NCBI GenBank assembly: GCA_002256025.1
Contig: NKIB01014584.1
Location: 1 to 42,521, forward strand
Direction of reading: 5' to 3'
Source of the DNA: Asterionella formosa
Taxonomy: Eukaryota
DNA: 42,521 nucleotides
The notes under the pieces are model-generated. The model made no database searches. It was not told where the DNA came from and saw only the letters and a list, made by a program, of their open reading frames with translations. This document shows, piece after piece, positions 1 to 11,500 of the stretch. Every line of letters starts with the position of its first letter. The stretch's first letter is position 1. The position numbers and the translations under genes are program-made.

Positions 1-2259
1 GCGGCATATATAATGCTGATTGTTACCATAATTTACAACCATTTTGTCTACTACTGCAGAGTATACTCTTGCCATCCAAGGATCGAGAAGCTCATCATCA
101 CTGCTCATCCTCAAAACCTGTTAAAAAGGGACAAAATCTCTTGTCTTGGTGATGGCCTTTAAACAACTAATATTTTCAACAGCTGCATTGAATTGACATA
201 AATACATTCCAAGTGCAAAGATTAGACAAATAACCATTGGATTGGGATAAGCAGGCCTTGAGAATCTTGACTGGTCACCTTTTAAATATTTATCCCTCAA
301 AAGTGCTTGTTTTTGGTCATCACAACGGCCATTGCAATGGCCATCACTTACCTTCTCTTATCTTTGTTCCTTAATGTGATCCTGTGGATTGCTTGTTCAC
401 TGCTGGTTCAAGAATTGGAACTATGAGATGATGGTTCCTCGAGGGCACTCATTCCAATTTAGTTTTGAGCGATTTTAACATTGGTTGTCAAGGCAAGGCA
501 AAGCAAAGCAAACATTTTGAAATTACAAAGCAAAATGCACAGGACATTTGGTCTGAGAAGGAGGAATGAACCATGACAAGTTTGATGAACCTCAAAACTG
601 CCAAGGAAGATAGTTAATGCTAGAATATTATTAATAACATACATTAGTAAGTGGAAAGGATTAATAAGTTCAATTATATCGCAGCATTATGAATCATATG
701 TGGTTGAGAACAAGTATGTTCATTGCTTTGGTCCATCTTTCTTTGTCTACTTCGCAACAATTATATTAAAGTATGTATGGCCGTTGGTTGAGACCAAAAT
801 GCAATGCATTCAAGATTTAGTTGCCTTTCTTTTTTCCTTCCTCCAAAGATGTTTACAAACAGAAATTATAGTGGTACATCAAATATGTTGAGCCCACTCA
901 ATTTCAGAAATGAATTTGCGTGGGTAAATGTTCCTGTTTCAACAAACAATAAAGGAGGACCCACATTCCCCATAACATCAATCTTGTATCCTTGATTGAT
1001 GCAAGGCATTCTCTTGTCACCACGAAAATCAATCCTCTCAATTCCAAGACTCTCTTATCAATTGCATCATTTTAAATTACTTCGAAATGGATCAAATCCT
1101 TCTTGTACTTTTCGTTGAAACCTGTAGATATCTTTCTCCTTTCCTTGTTTTTTGGTTGAAACTTGTAGACAGAATTCACCACAGCAAGCTTTTGGCAATT
1201 CTGAGAAATCGCCTCTTCATGTTCAGACATGGGCATTGGATTTATGCTGACGGGCAAGGATTACCTTCAGTGCCTTGCTTGTTAGTATTGTTACCATTTG
1301 TCGTGTTTCTTTCTATTCGTTCTCCCTTTATCACTGAAAATCAATTGCAAGTTTCCAACAAGCTCATGGAACATGGAACGAATGGTACTACCTGTCACCA
1401 AGAACATCTGAGACTCAATGAGGATGGCATTGCTGGTCGATCATAGTTATAGCAAGGAGTTGATGGTGAAGATCAAACAATGACAAACAGAGGTATCATC
1501 ATGGTGAGTGTAGCAATCAAGTGTGAGGCTGTGGCTCCTCAGTGTATGTGGCATGTATTTGTCAAGAGATTCATGATGGTTTATTATTAACAAGTGGTAT
1601 GTTCATTCATATATTTAATGAAGAGGAAATGAACGACATCAACTTGGACGACTCTACTTTTATGTATTCAAAACAAATATTAGGTTGTGCTAAAATTTAC
1701 AAAAGTAGAACCAGCTACTGGTACAATGGGCCGGTTTGTACCTGATGTACTTTGGGGGGGCCACCAAGCCATAATTTGGATCGAAGTGCTGTATACTACC
1801 GGTAGGTACATGGTATGGTATGGTACCAGGTACCAGGTACACAAGGGGCCCTATCGTGAGAGACCACGTATGTACCACAGCCAAGTCCTTGCCTTTTTGC
1901 TTGGTGACGCTGGTTCCTAAGATACCAGTGCGATAGTTGACAATTGCCCATTCACACATGATACTTACGTAATTTGCATCGAAGTGCATAAACACAGATT
2001 CCATCAAGACAACTACTACATATGTAAAATGCCACGAGAAAACAGCTACCAGAAAAAAACGGCCGTTCGTCCGGTATTTCCCTCAAATGATCAAACTTCA
2101 CTCCAAGTTCAACATAGTAGTACTAGATATACCGTGTTAAATTATGAAATGGGAATGAACGGAAGTTCAGACTTCGGCTGAAAAACCGGCCTACTGTCCG
2201 AACATTTCTACGAAAATCAGCGTAAGTGTCCGGTAGATGTCTGATGATGACTAACATTC

Positions 2260-2710
2260 GCTCATTTGCCACTGTTTTTAATCTTTTAGACACTGGTTGG
2301 AAACCAGTGTACTCTTCTTCTGTGTGATCCTTATTCTTGAGAAGCGAACAAACCCTTTTAAGGCGACAATCTGGAAGATCCATGCAGATGCCTTTCCCAA
2401 GTGAACCACAGAATGTCTTGACCAGAAACTTGTATATAAGTTTACTTCCTTAGCCTGGCGTGATAACACCTTCGTCAAGTCGAAGCTGAACCAAGTTTGT
2501 TTCCATGCATTGCTCAACTAGTAACTCCTCCATGTCTTCCCATTGACATTGACACTCTGGGCATGCGAAGTCACAGCATTTGCAGAAGATGCGATTCCCA
2601 CAGCCTGCAACTTCTGATTCAACAATGACACAATCAACTCAAGTAGGGCACGGAACGTGATGGTATGGAAAAGGATTGGCATTCACTAGGGGAGATCCAA
2701 CAGAAGACAT
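2260..2710 (-). pseudogene. Decayed Cys-rich ORF resembling the P2X7 C-terminal (ballast)/KolX-like family of transposon-associated proteins
   Basis: The frame from ATG 2710 reads ...FCKCCDFACPECQCQWEDMEE...LIYKFLVKTFCGSLGKGICMDLPDCRLKRVCSLLKNKDHTEEEYTGF. This fits the G.LGKG.R..LP.C....IR......Y.GF pattern. Two in-frame stops: TGA 2641-2639 and TAA 2452-2450. The 3' end is approximate. Confidence 0.5.
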
Positions 2711-3595
2711 GGTTGATTGTTGTGTTGTTCAACGTTATTTTGTTGCTCAAAGGAGAACCAATATTATATAGAAGCAGGATGACTATACAATATACTTGAG
2801 GTATATACTAGCTAGAGTCTATACATGTGTTCTGGAAGGGAGTAAAATTATATCTACATTGAGCAATGTGGATAACACATAAACGTCTTCATTCTTTTCT
2901 AAATGGAACTCTGTCAATGTGGCGCCATTTCTACTTACTTTAAATATTCAGACAGATACTTGCATCATGGGAATACACAGAAAAAAATTCCCTATTCCAC
3001 GTCAATTTTACAACCATATCGATTTTTTCTCCAAACTAGGGTTAAGCCGACGCCGCAACCTTAATGTAGACATAATTTTGCTCCACGCCAAAAACACATA
3101 GATAAATCAGGAGTATGATGCCAATATCTATACTCATGATAGAGAAAAATCAAACACGGTTTGGGGGGAAAATATATACATATACAGATAGAAAAATATG
3201 CACTGTAAGCCACCGCTATGCGAAAATCTTAGTGATTTTGGAAATTTATATCATCATGGCTAGATACACTGAATCAAAACTGATTCCTTAATAGTAGGCT
3301 ATAGCAGAGAGGATGATCGTTTAACATGCACTTTGTCCTTGCATCAAGTTTTGATCATTGTGTTACATAAATATTTTTAGTCGGAAGATAGAGAAGAAGA
3401 ATGGTGGCTTTTAGTTTCTAAGGGTTAGTACTGATTTTACGCACCGGTACGCAGTACATCTAATATGTGTGGTTCAAGAATGGCTGGCGTAATTTACGAG
3501 ACCGGGAAACTCCAGCCAATCTGGAGCAGGTGACTAAATTGAATTCAACCAATCAGAATATGTGTAGTACATTTCAGCAAAATGACTGCAACTTG

Positions 3596-3689
3596 CAGCA
3601 AGTTGCGGTCATTTTCCTTAAAAAAACAATTTAGTATGGGATAAAGATAGCTAAATCTGTAGCTTCAGCTCAATTACTGCAACTTGCAG
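3596..3689. mobile_element. MITE family A, copy 1 (~94 bp)
   Basis: TIRs CAGCAAGTTGCGGTCATTTT ... AATTACTGCAACTTGCAG. The internal GGATAAAGATAGCTAAA is shared with the copies at 12565 (reverse orientation) and 32646. Confidence 0.8.
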
Positions 3690-4917
3690 GTATGTATAAT
3701 ACTTACCAAGGCAATTTCCGGTACTGGTACCAGGTACCAAGGTACATAAATAGCTTTGTTATTATCACATTACCGGTACTGGTAGTATATTTTTCTGCAT
3801 AAATATTTCGTTATACTGTATATAATACTACTATGCGGGGGGTTGAGCATGTTCCTTTTGATCTGAAGTTGTGTGGTTCGATTCCCGCATTTCTTTCCTG
3901 TTGGGTTTGACTCCCACACTCCTTACCGTCCTGCATGCTGATAATGCCTGGAGTGCAAGAAATAGTGGGTCTGCCACCCTGCAAGCAGCTTGTGCCACCT
4001 TCCAGGAAGTCGGAGTTTCCCCTAATGCTGCGGCAAAGACGCTCACCTTTCGCAAAAGATGGTTTGGGACTCACCTATGCCAACAAAACTAGGAAGCACA
4101 GGTCTTCTTGGCGGGTAGCACAATGAATACTTGCCTTGAAAAAGGGGAGTATGAATGGGCTATAAAACAGATTATCATTTACTTGTTGGTGAGATGTAAT
4201 GCAAAAGCAAATGAGGACATATGTGCAGACAAGCACGCTCCAAACAAGCTAACGCTAGCAATTACTAGCTGTGCATGACATCCTAAGTCCTACAAGGAAG
4301 TGGTTGTGACGGGTGAAAGATTAGCCAAATGCAGATCAGGCTTGGATATGGTTATCTCATTGCTGTGCGGATTAGGCTATACAGAATTGGACCATGGGAA
4401 GGCCTCCTCGTAGCTGCCAAGGCCAATCTTTTCACAATTCGCACACCCAGCCAGGTCAGAACGCTAACTACTGTAGTACTGTATTTGAGTAATCATGGAA
4501 CACAAATACCGGTAGTTCTAATATTATTTACACTTTGTAACTTACCACCGGTTCTAGACTTATTACCACATTCGACAAATATATAGTCCGACGTTGTAAG
4601 AGTAATACTAAATGTTATACCATGCTAGTTATTATGCATGTCTGACCTCATTCACGCGGTTAATGATCACTGAGGCGGGACCAGGGAATCTTGATTCCGA
4701 TATTACGGGTACTTAAGTAGTCCTGAAGGCAATACACGCCCGAGGTGGTCTCATGCCTGCAAGTACTATACGTGTGTTCGAGGCTAGGTGGCGTGAGTAG
4801 GTTGACCATACGAGTGGCGCCCCCAGCACTGCAAGAAGGCCACCCTACAAGTGCCATCCCGGCCGAGTACACATGTGTACAAGAAGGCATGTAGCCACCG
4901 AGAAGGGTATTATTGAG

Positions 4918-6822
4918 GCAATTCACAAACTAGCTATTGTCGCGCCATTCGCTTACCTACTGCCCATTCATTGAGTGTAAATGTCAATTTTAGCTTGCTA
5001 TAGCCCATCATACAAAATATATTTCGTGTATTTCCTATCTTCACATCGAAAATTGCCAAAGGTCCGATATTGCCCATCATTAAAATATATTTTGTATATT
5101 TCCTATGTTCGCATTTAGGCATTACAATTTGTGCCCATTGCCCCTCGGTTTCCAGCCCTGGGATTGCCGAAATTGGCAAGGGGTCTACTTAAGGAAACCA
5201 TTTTATATACACTAAATATTTTAATAATTTATATCTGGAATGCACCTCGTTTTTTTCGTCTCCTGAAAAGTGGACTCCGGCAAATCACCTTTCACCATGC
5301 CAATCGTTGTCCATCATAACCGGTTTGAAGCGAAATCAGTTCAGTGATGACGCCAGTAGCGATTCGTTGTCTAACGGATGCGGTTGTTGGCTGTTGGATT
5401 GCTTGTCTTCTCGAGGGATTCATGTGGTGGCATCATCCATATTTCGTCGGACAAATTATGATACCGATAAATCTGATGTTGGTGGCAAGTTTTTGCTCCA
5501 GTCATGTATGTGATGATGCTTAATTGATATTCTAGTCATTTAGCCTACATATGTACGTGGTACTCAAAACAACCATGCATGGTTTAACCTAAACTTTAGC
5601 GCTTACTTGAACACGTTATAATATTATAGCTGTAGACTCGGTTTTATTTTTACAAGACCTGAATGTTAAATTATATCGTTCACATATTGATTGATTTTAT
5701 GTATGCCCGATTTCGTCCTCACAATGTTCCTTCTCACTCTATCCTGCCTGCCGTTGCTCAATTTGGATCTGCAAAAGGAACTTTCGACTTTCTTATGATC
5801 CCATCATCTACTGTGTGTTATTCTTGTTAGAGCGGATCGGTGAGTACAACAGTGAAACACTGAATGTGATTGTAGATAGTAGTACGATTGTAAAATTTCC
5901 GATTTGATTTCTTCCATGGTTCGTTTTGATTGCTTCCATCATTGTTTGCCGTTCCGCACTGTCGTTTTGATTCGATTGTAACTAACTACACAAGGGCCGA
6001 TGTATGTATCAATGCCTACTCTTTGAAGATGTATTGTGCCGTTGTTGATCTTCTTTGTTGATCTGTCTAGTCATTGACCATGATGTCAATATTCCCGCCA
6101 AGCAATGCTTTTCTTGTACTAACACGCTTTGCTACCTATCTACTGCGAGGTCGTATCACAAGCTATGTAACAATATTCAGCTAGAGAGAGTCAATAGTTC
6201 TGGGGAAGCCTGGCGATCATGCTTGCTCAGAATGGAATGATCAGGGTTGCTTGTTTGGTGGGAGGAATGACTGTGGCGGAAATACTGCTACTGGTGTCAG
6301 GCTACTACAGCGATGTGCATGGTTGCAGAAACCAGATCATTTACACTACATAACAATGCAGGTCTAAATTGGGTTCAGCTTTTTTCTTTTTCTTTCGGTC
6401 TTCATTGTGTGGTGATTGTCAGTTAATGTTGCCTGTGTAAGCACTAGAATAGTCACAATGCATATGTCTCCATTGAAACTCCTATTTTTTACTTCATTTC
6501 TAACCCAAAACAATTTTTTCTATTTCTCATTTGACGCTACTTTTTACTTCGCATTTCATACTTTGGTTGCTCCAAACATCATGTTCAATTTTCATTGATG
6601 TTGCATGTTACAATCATTCTCGTGGGTTTTATGCTTGTTGAACCATTTCCATGTATATTACCGTTCTGGCTGTCATGCTAAAATCGGCAATTTTAATGCC
6701 GAAAAATTCGATGTGCCCCATATTGCCCATTAATAAAAATTACTTAAGAAATTACTTAGAGCCCGAAAATTACTTAGAAGTACCCGAATGGCAAGACGAT
6801 AGCTGGAGTGGGAATTTTGCCG
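4918..6822. mobile_element. Candidate non-autonomous DNA transposon relic (~1.9 kb) bounded by imperfect inverted repeats
   Basis: AGCTATTGTCGCGCCATTCG (4932-4951) versus CGAATGGCAAGACGATAGCT (6785-6804) gives 17/20 inverted identity. Inverted subterminal motifs also match (ATTTTAGC, CACATCGAA). No TSD or transposase ORF was seen. Confidence 0.45.
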
Positions 6823-7026
6823 TAAATTATGCTTATTTTCGATCAAGACTCACGAGCGATGATGATGGCATTTTTGTTTTCTGGAAGAATTCATCGAGGA
6901 AGGAGATAACTTTTCTTCTTGCAAAATCATCAGCATTAGAAAGAAAGCAAATACAATTGCAAATACCGGTACATCAGGAAATTCAAGAATATTTTTTCAG
7001 TTTCTACCCAATTGAACTTTAAAACA

Positions 7027-8304
7027 ATGTCCAATCCAACCTCGTACGAAAGCAGCACCGAATCAGAAGGCGACAGGATACCTTCGGAGTGCGAGGTAGT
7101 CATTGTGGGCGCTGGAGTGTCAGGTGCTTCGGCTGCATATTATCTTGCTAGAGCCGGTGTGCGTGATATCATTGTCATTGATAGCGGGTCCTCGCCTGGA
7201 GAAGGCGGAGAACCAAAAAGTGGATCTGCTGTCATGGATTCCGCCCCGACGATAAAAATGATGGTCCAGGCCTATGCTGCCAGCTCCGCAAGCTTCATTG
7301 CGCACCATGGAAGAGAGGGCGCCAGGCGCTACCTGAGTCTCACCGCACAAGGCTTGAGGCAGCAGAAGAGATTGGCCAAAGAATTCTTGCCCGATCCTGA
7401 TGATCAGCTCCGAGAGCTGGGCTCCTTCTATGTAGCATATGCTGAAGACGAACCAGCGCTGCGAGAAGAGTTCGAGACCTTACAATCCTTGGGTTGTTGC
7501 CCGGATATAGTATGGTATGATAAGGCCATGCTTCAACTAGTGGATGGTTGTAGTCCAGACTTTCACTGTGCAATTTTCTTTCCTCAGGATGCCATCATCG
7601 ATTCTTCCTCCTACGCCAAGGCATTGTTGAATGCTGTAGAAGCAGAGCGATCAGTCAGACTATTGCTTGAAACGAAGGTTACCAAAGTTACCGAAGGAGA
7701 AGGAACACCATTGGTTTATCTCTCTTCAGGAGCAATAATCAAGTGCAAGTATGTGGTCATGGCCACCGGTGGACTCTTCCAGTTGCCAGAACTAAACGGA
7801 ATTTTGATGCCATGTTACTCCTATCTGGTGCATGTGCCCGTTGATCAAAGCCAAGGACACCCTTGTGAGTACTCAAGCAATTTTTTCACTTGGGGATTCA
7901 CTCACGACTGGAGTTTTACCAAAGGGAGGGTGCGGTGTTCTGGAGAAGACCACTATAGTGCCTACAAATCACCCTTGTCGCAAGAACGATGCACTAGTTT
8001 ATGGAATTGGACTCTTGACAGATACGGATGTAGCGATTCTGAAGTTCACGACATTCCAGCACAATATGGTGTGTACTCTGAAACTCCAGATATTACTCCC
8101 TTAATTGGATCACGAAATGAAAATAGTCATGTTTGCTATCTCCTCGGTTGTAACGCCTGGGGACAAGCAGTGCTTTCCTACTCGAGTTCGCTTGTTCCAG
8201 GTCTCCTTGGGTACAAACCATTGACGGCGGACGAAAGAGATCACCTACAACTCCTTTCCATTCGCAGATTCACTGAATTACCTCAGCGTCAATGTTCCCT
8301 CTGA
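7027..8304 (+). CDS. FAD-dependent oxidoreductase, DAO/glycine oxidase-like family (425 aa, intronless)
   Basis: Rossmann motif VVIVGAGVSGASAAYYLA, VVMATGG, and C-terminal YSETPDITPLIG...GCNAWG. First ATG at 7027, stop TGA at 8302-8304. Confidence 0.85.
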   Translation: MSNPTSYESSTESEGDRIPSECEVVIVGAGVSGASAAYYLARAGVRDIIVIDSGSSPGEGGEPKSGSAVMDSAPTIKMMVQAYAASSASFIAHHGREGARRYLSLTAQGLRQQKRLAKEFLPDPDDQLRELGSFYVAYAEDEPALREEFETLQSLGCCPDIVWYDKAMLQLVDGCSPDFHCAIFFPQDAIIDSSSYAKALLNAVEAERSVRLLLETKVTKVTEGEGTPLVYLSSGAIIKCKYVVMATGGLFQLPELNGILMPCYSYLVHVPVDQSQGHPCEYSSNFFTWGFTHDWSFTKGRVRCSGEDHYSAYKSPLSQERCTSLWNWTLDRYGCSDSEVHDIPAQYGVYSETPDITPLIGSRNENSHVCYLLGCNAWGQAVLSYSSSLVPGLLGYKPLTADERDHLQLLSIRRFTELPQRQCSL

Positions 8305-8581
8305 ACATAAGAAATCTTATAACTCAAAATAGTGTGCTCGTTTTCGTCACCGCAGCAGCAAGTCCAGCGAGATGAGAAATCACCAGCAAAGGTTGAATCC
8401 AGTCTATTGGATTGTGTTACTTCAGGTTCCATCGATTAGCTTACGCTCAACAATACGTAAGACTACCCTCGGGACAGTAAAATCGACTAATTATTGGTCT
8501 GTATTAAAGAATTTATGCGTTGAAAAGCAAGTGAGATGCGACAGAAAATAACCTAGATAACCCTCAACTATTTGGAGCATT

Positions 8582-11500
8582 TTATCGGCGCCGCTTGAAG
8601 CTATCGGCTGCCACCTTGTTCCACAATGATGAACTAGTTTGAGTAGATCGCTTGCGTTTGCAGACCGGAATGGTTCTCTTCATAGGACAGTTGGCAATAT
8701 TACTTTTCGAGGCCTGGCTATTCTCGCTGTGGAAAACGACATGACTGTAGACAACGCTTCGCTGCACTACACATAACTTGTCTTTGCTGGCGGCAGTACT
8801 TCCACCTAAGAAGCTGGTCTTTTGCTTCTTTTGGCGGCTTGCTTGAAGTGCAAGAGACAGACTGCTGTGCTGGCCGAAGATAATACTGCTACTCTGATTT
8901 TCGCGATTCTGAGAGTTGCTAGCCAGTTGAGAATCTCCACCACCGTTTGAGGTCGATCCCCTTGAAGAATTGATGGAAGTCTGACGACGGCGAGCAAATA
9001 GATCTTTCATTGTCTTGAGCTCGAGCTTCATACTTGCGTCCTCGTCAATGAGACGCATCTGAGAAAATTCCACGTCGTCACCATGCGATTCAAGAAGGCG
9101 GTGCATTCTGGCTCTCTTTGCAAATCGTTTGGCGAGTCGTTCTTGCTCGGCTTCTTCTGCATCATCTTCGTTCTGAAGCTTACCCGAGTTAGTTTCTTCT
9201 TCTGCATTTTCTTCATCGGAAAATTGCTCCTCTGCGTCAACCGAACTGCGATGCAAAAAGCGGTCCTTGAGCATCTTATCGAGCAAAGCATTTTCATCCT
9301 CAATCTCTCCATCATCCTTGGGGTCGTCCTCGCCTTCCGCGTCACTATCAAGCTCATCATCGTTCAAAAGTCCAAGACGCTTGGCATCTTCACGGTTGTC
9401 AGCAGCTACCAGCTGATCAAAACGGTGCAAACCGCGGGCCCCAATTCCTCCTCCAGCAATACCACCACGGCGACCGTCGTATCCATCACGCATCCGTCGA
9501 AGCATTTCCTTGTGCTTATCTTTTTCTTCTCGCTGGAGCATATCTATTCTGGCTGCTTCACCGGCCTTTTCATCCCCCTCGTCTTCAGAAATATCATCGA
9601 CGACATGCTTCAAGTCCTCTTCGTCAAGCTCATCGTCATCGTGATCTTCATCATCATCATGGTCGATCTTCTTTTTGTTCAACGAGAAACCAAAGTCTTC
9701 AAGTCCGACAATCTCCTCTTCCTCTTCTTCATCTGCCTCTGTTTCCACCAGTCCATTACCCTTGCGGTTCTTCAATTTCTTGGCGCGTTGGGCTTCACGT
9801 TGCAGCATTGCCCTCCAAACAGCATTACGATCCTTATCCGGCACCTCTCTTGATGGTTCGAGAGAGTCGATGAGAATGTTTTCGTTGATTTCCGCTTGAT
9901 GCTCGTCAGAGTCACTCGTGATTACGTCGGTTCCTTCTGTTGAATTTGTCACGCCGTTTTTCTTGGGCTCCGAAGTTTCGATATTAGCAGTTGGTTCATT
10001 TGAGGTTAAAAGGGCATTCTTGGCGGTCTTGAACGACCCCGACTCGAATTCGGCAAACTCGTCATCGTCACCGGAGTTGTTTGGAGTAGTTTCGATCCGT
10101 AATTTTCTGCCATTAGAGCATTCCATGGTAGAGGTCAGATCATCATCTTTATCTACACCGTCGGTGTCGATAACAGTGTCATCGTCGATTTCATCAAGCG
10201 ATACAGAAGCGTCATCGTCAATAGAATGTTTCAAAGCCATTGTGGTATCCTCCTCCAAAGGTTCCTCATTTACATTCAATTGGCCTGAAGTAGAAACAAA
10301 GCCATGATTGGACACAATCTTCCGATTCGCCTCTCCCTCGTACGCAATCTCCTCGGCAAGTGCCATTTCCTCGTCCTCTTCGGGGATGTACTCTTCATCT
10401 CCGACTTCTAATTCCTGCTCTTCGCTCTCCTCCATAAGGGTTTCCTGCATCAACATGCGCTCGCGCAATAGTTTGCGCTCATTATTCTTCTGGCGCTCCG
10501 CTTCAAGGGCTAGTACTACAACTCGTTTGCGTTCCTCCATCTTGCGGCAATCAACTAAATGGTCTTCTTCTGACTTGTAACCCAATTCGCGGGCAAGCCA
10601 AAGGTTGCCAAGATGGCGCTGCTTTTTTTGTAACATAGTTCGTAAGGCGGCACGTGATTTTCCAGGAGATGTCGTGGACGACCATGAAACACTATTCTTC
10701 TTCTGTTTAACCTTAGAAAACTTCTCCGTCAAGAGAGAGGCAGCCTTGGAGGTTTGCTTAATGATTGATTTGGAAGGAGTAGTAAGAAAGGAAGTTCCGA
10801 TTATTTCCAATTCATCGTCGGATTCATCCGTGTTTTCTTCTGTTAAGACTGCTTCAGGAACTTCCTCGTCCACTTTCTCGGCATTCACGGGGAGAACTTC
10901 GTCTTCTTCTTGCTTGGCGATAACTTGAATGCGTTTCTGATCCAGTTTTTCCAACAGATCCAATCGATCTTCCAACCTTTTTAACTTCAATTCATCAGTA
11001 TTGGTATCAAAAATCTTGGCAATGTCTTGGGCGCGTTCTTGGTCTTCCTTACTTTCTGCAGCTTGCAATTCTTCATTGCGTACGCGAAGTTCTTCGATTC
11101 GTCTTTGGCGCAACATGTCAGCATGGATGCGCTGTGCCGATGGTTTCTTCTTAGAGGACGCATTGCGTTTTGGTCGGGCACCATGTGGCTTCATGAATTT
11201 ATTAGCAGGTCGCTGTCGCTTCTTTGGTGCCTCGTCGTCGGAGGAGATTTCAGCCTCACTCTCTTCATCGCCTTGTTCACTCACTTGATCTTCGTCTCCC
11301 CCAAATTGATCCTCCCCCTCCACCGTCCCATCAATCAATTCCTTCAACCGATCGCGCACCAGATTTTTTGTTGCTCTCGTGAATTTGACATCGTATTCAG
11401 CTTCGAGGGAAATGACAATATCGCGAACTGTGACAGAATTCTTGTCTGCATGGACGAACAGCAAGTCGATCGAGGGTTCAAGAGAGTCCAAGTCTGGCTG

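Noticed and set aside
3833..3890. Functional tRNA gene
   Set aside because: B box is present, but the acceptor, anticodon and T stems do not pair properly; kept only as a tRNA-like finding.
5344..5662. Two GTGATGA motifs with distant CTGA (possible snoRNA cluster)
   Set aside because: Spacing of 130-150 nt, no terminal stems and no recognisable antisense elements.
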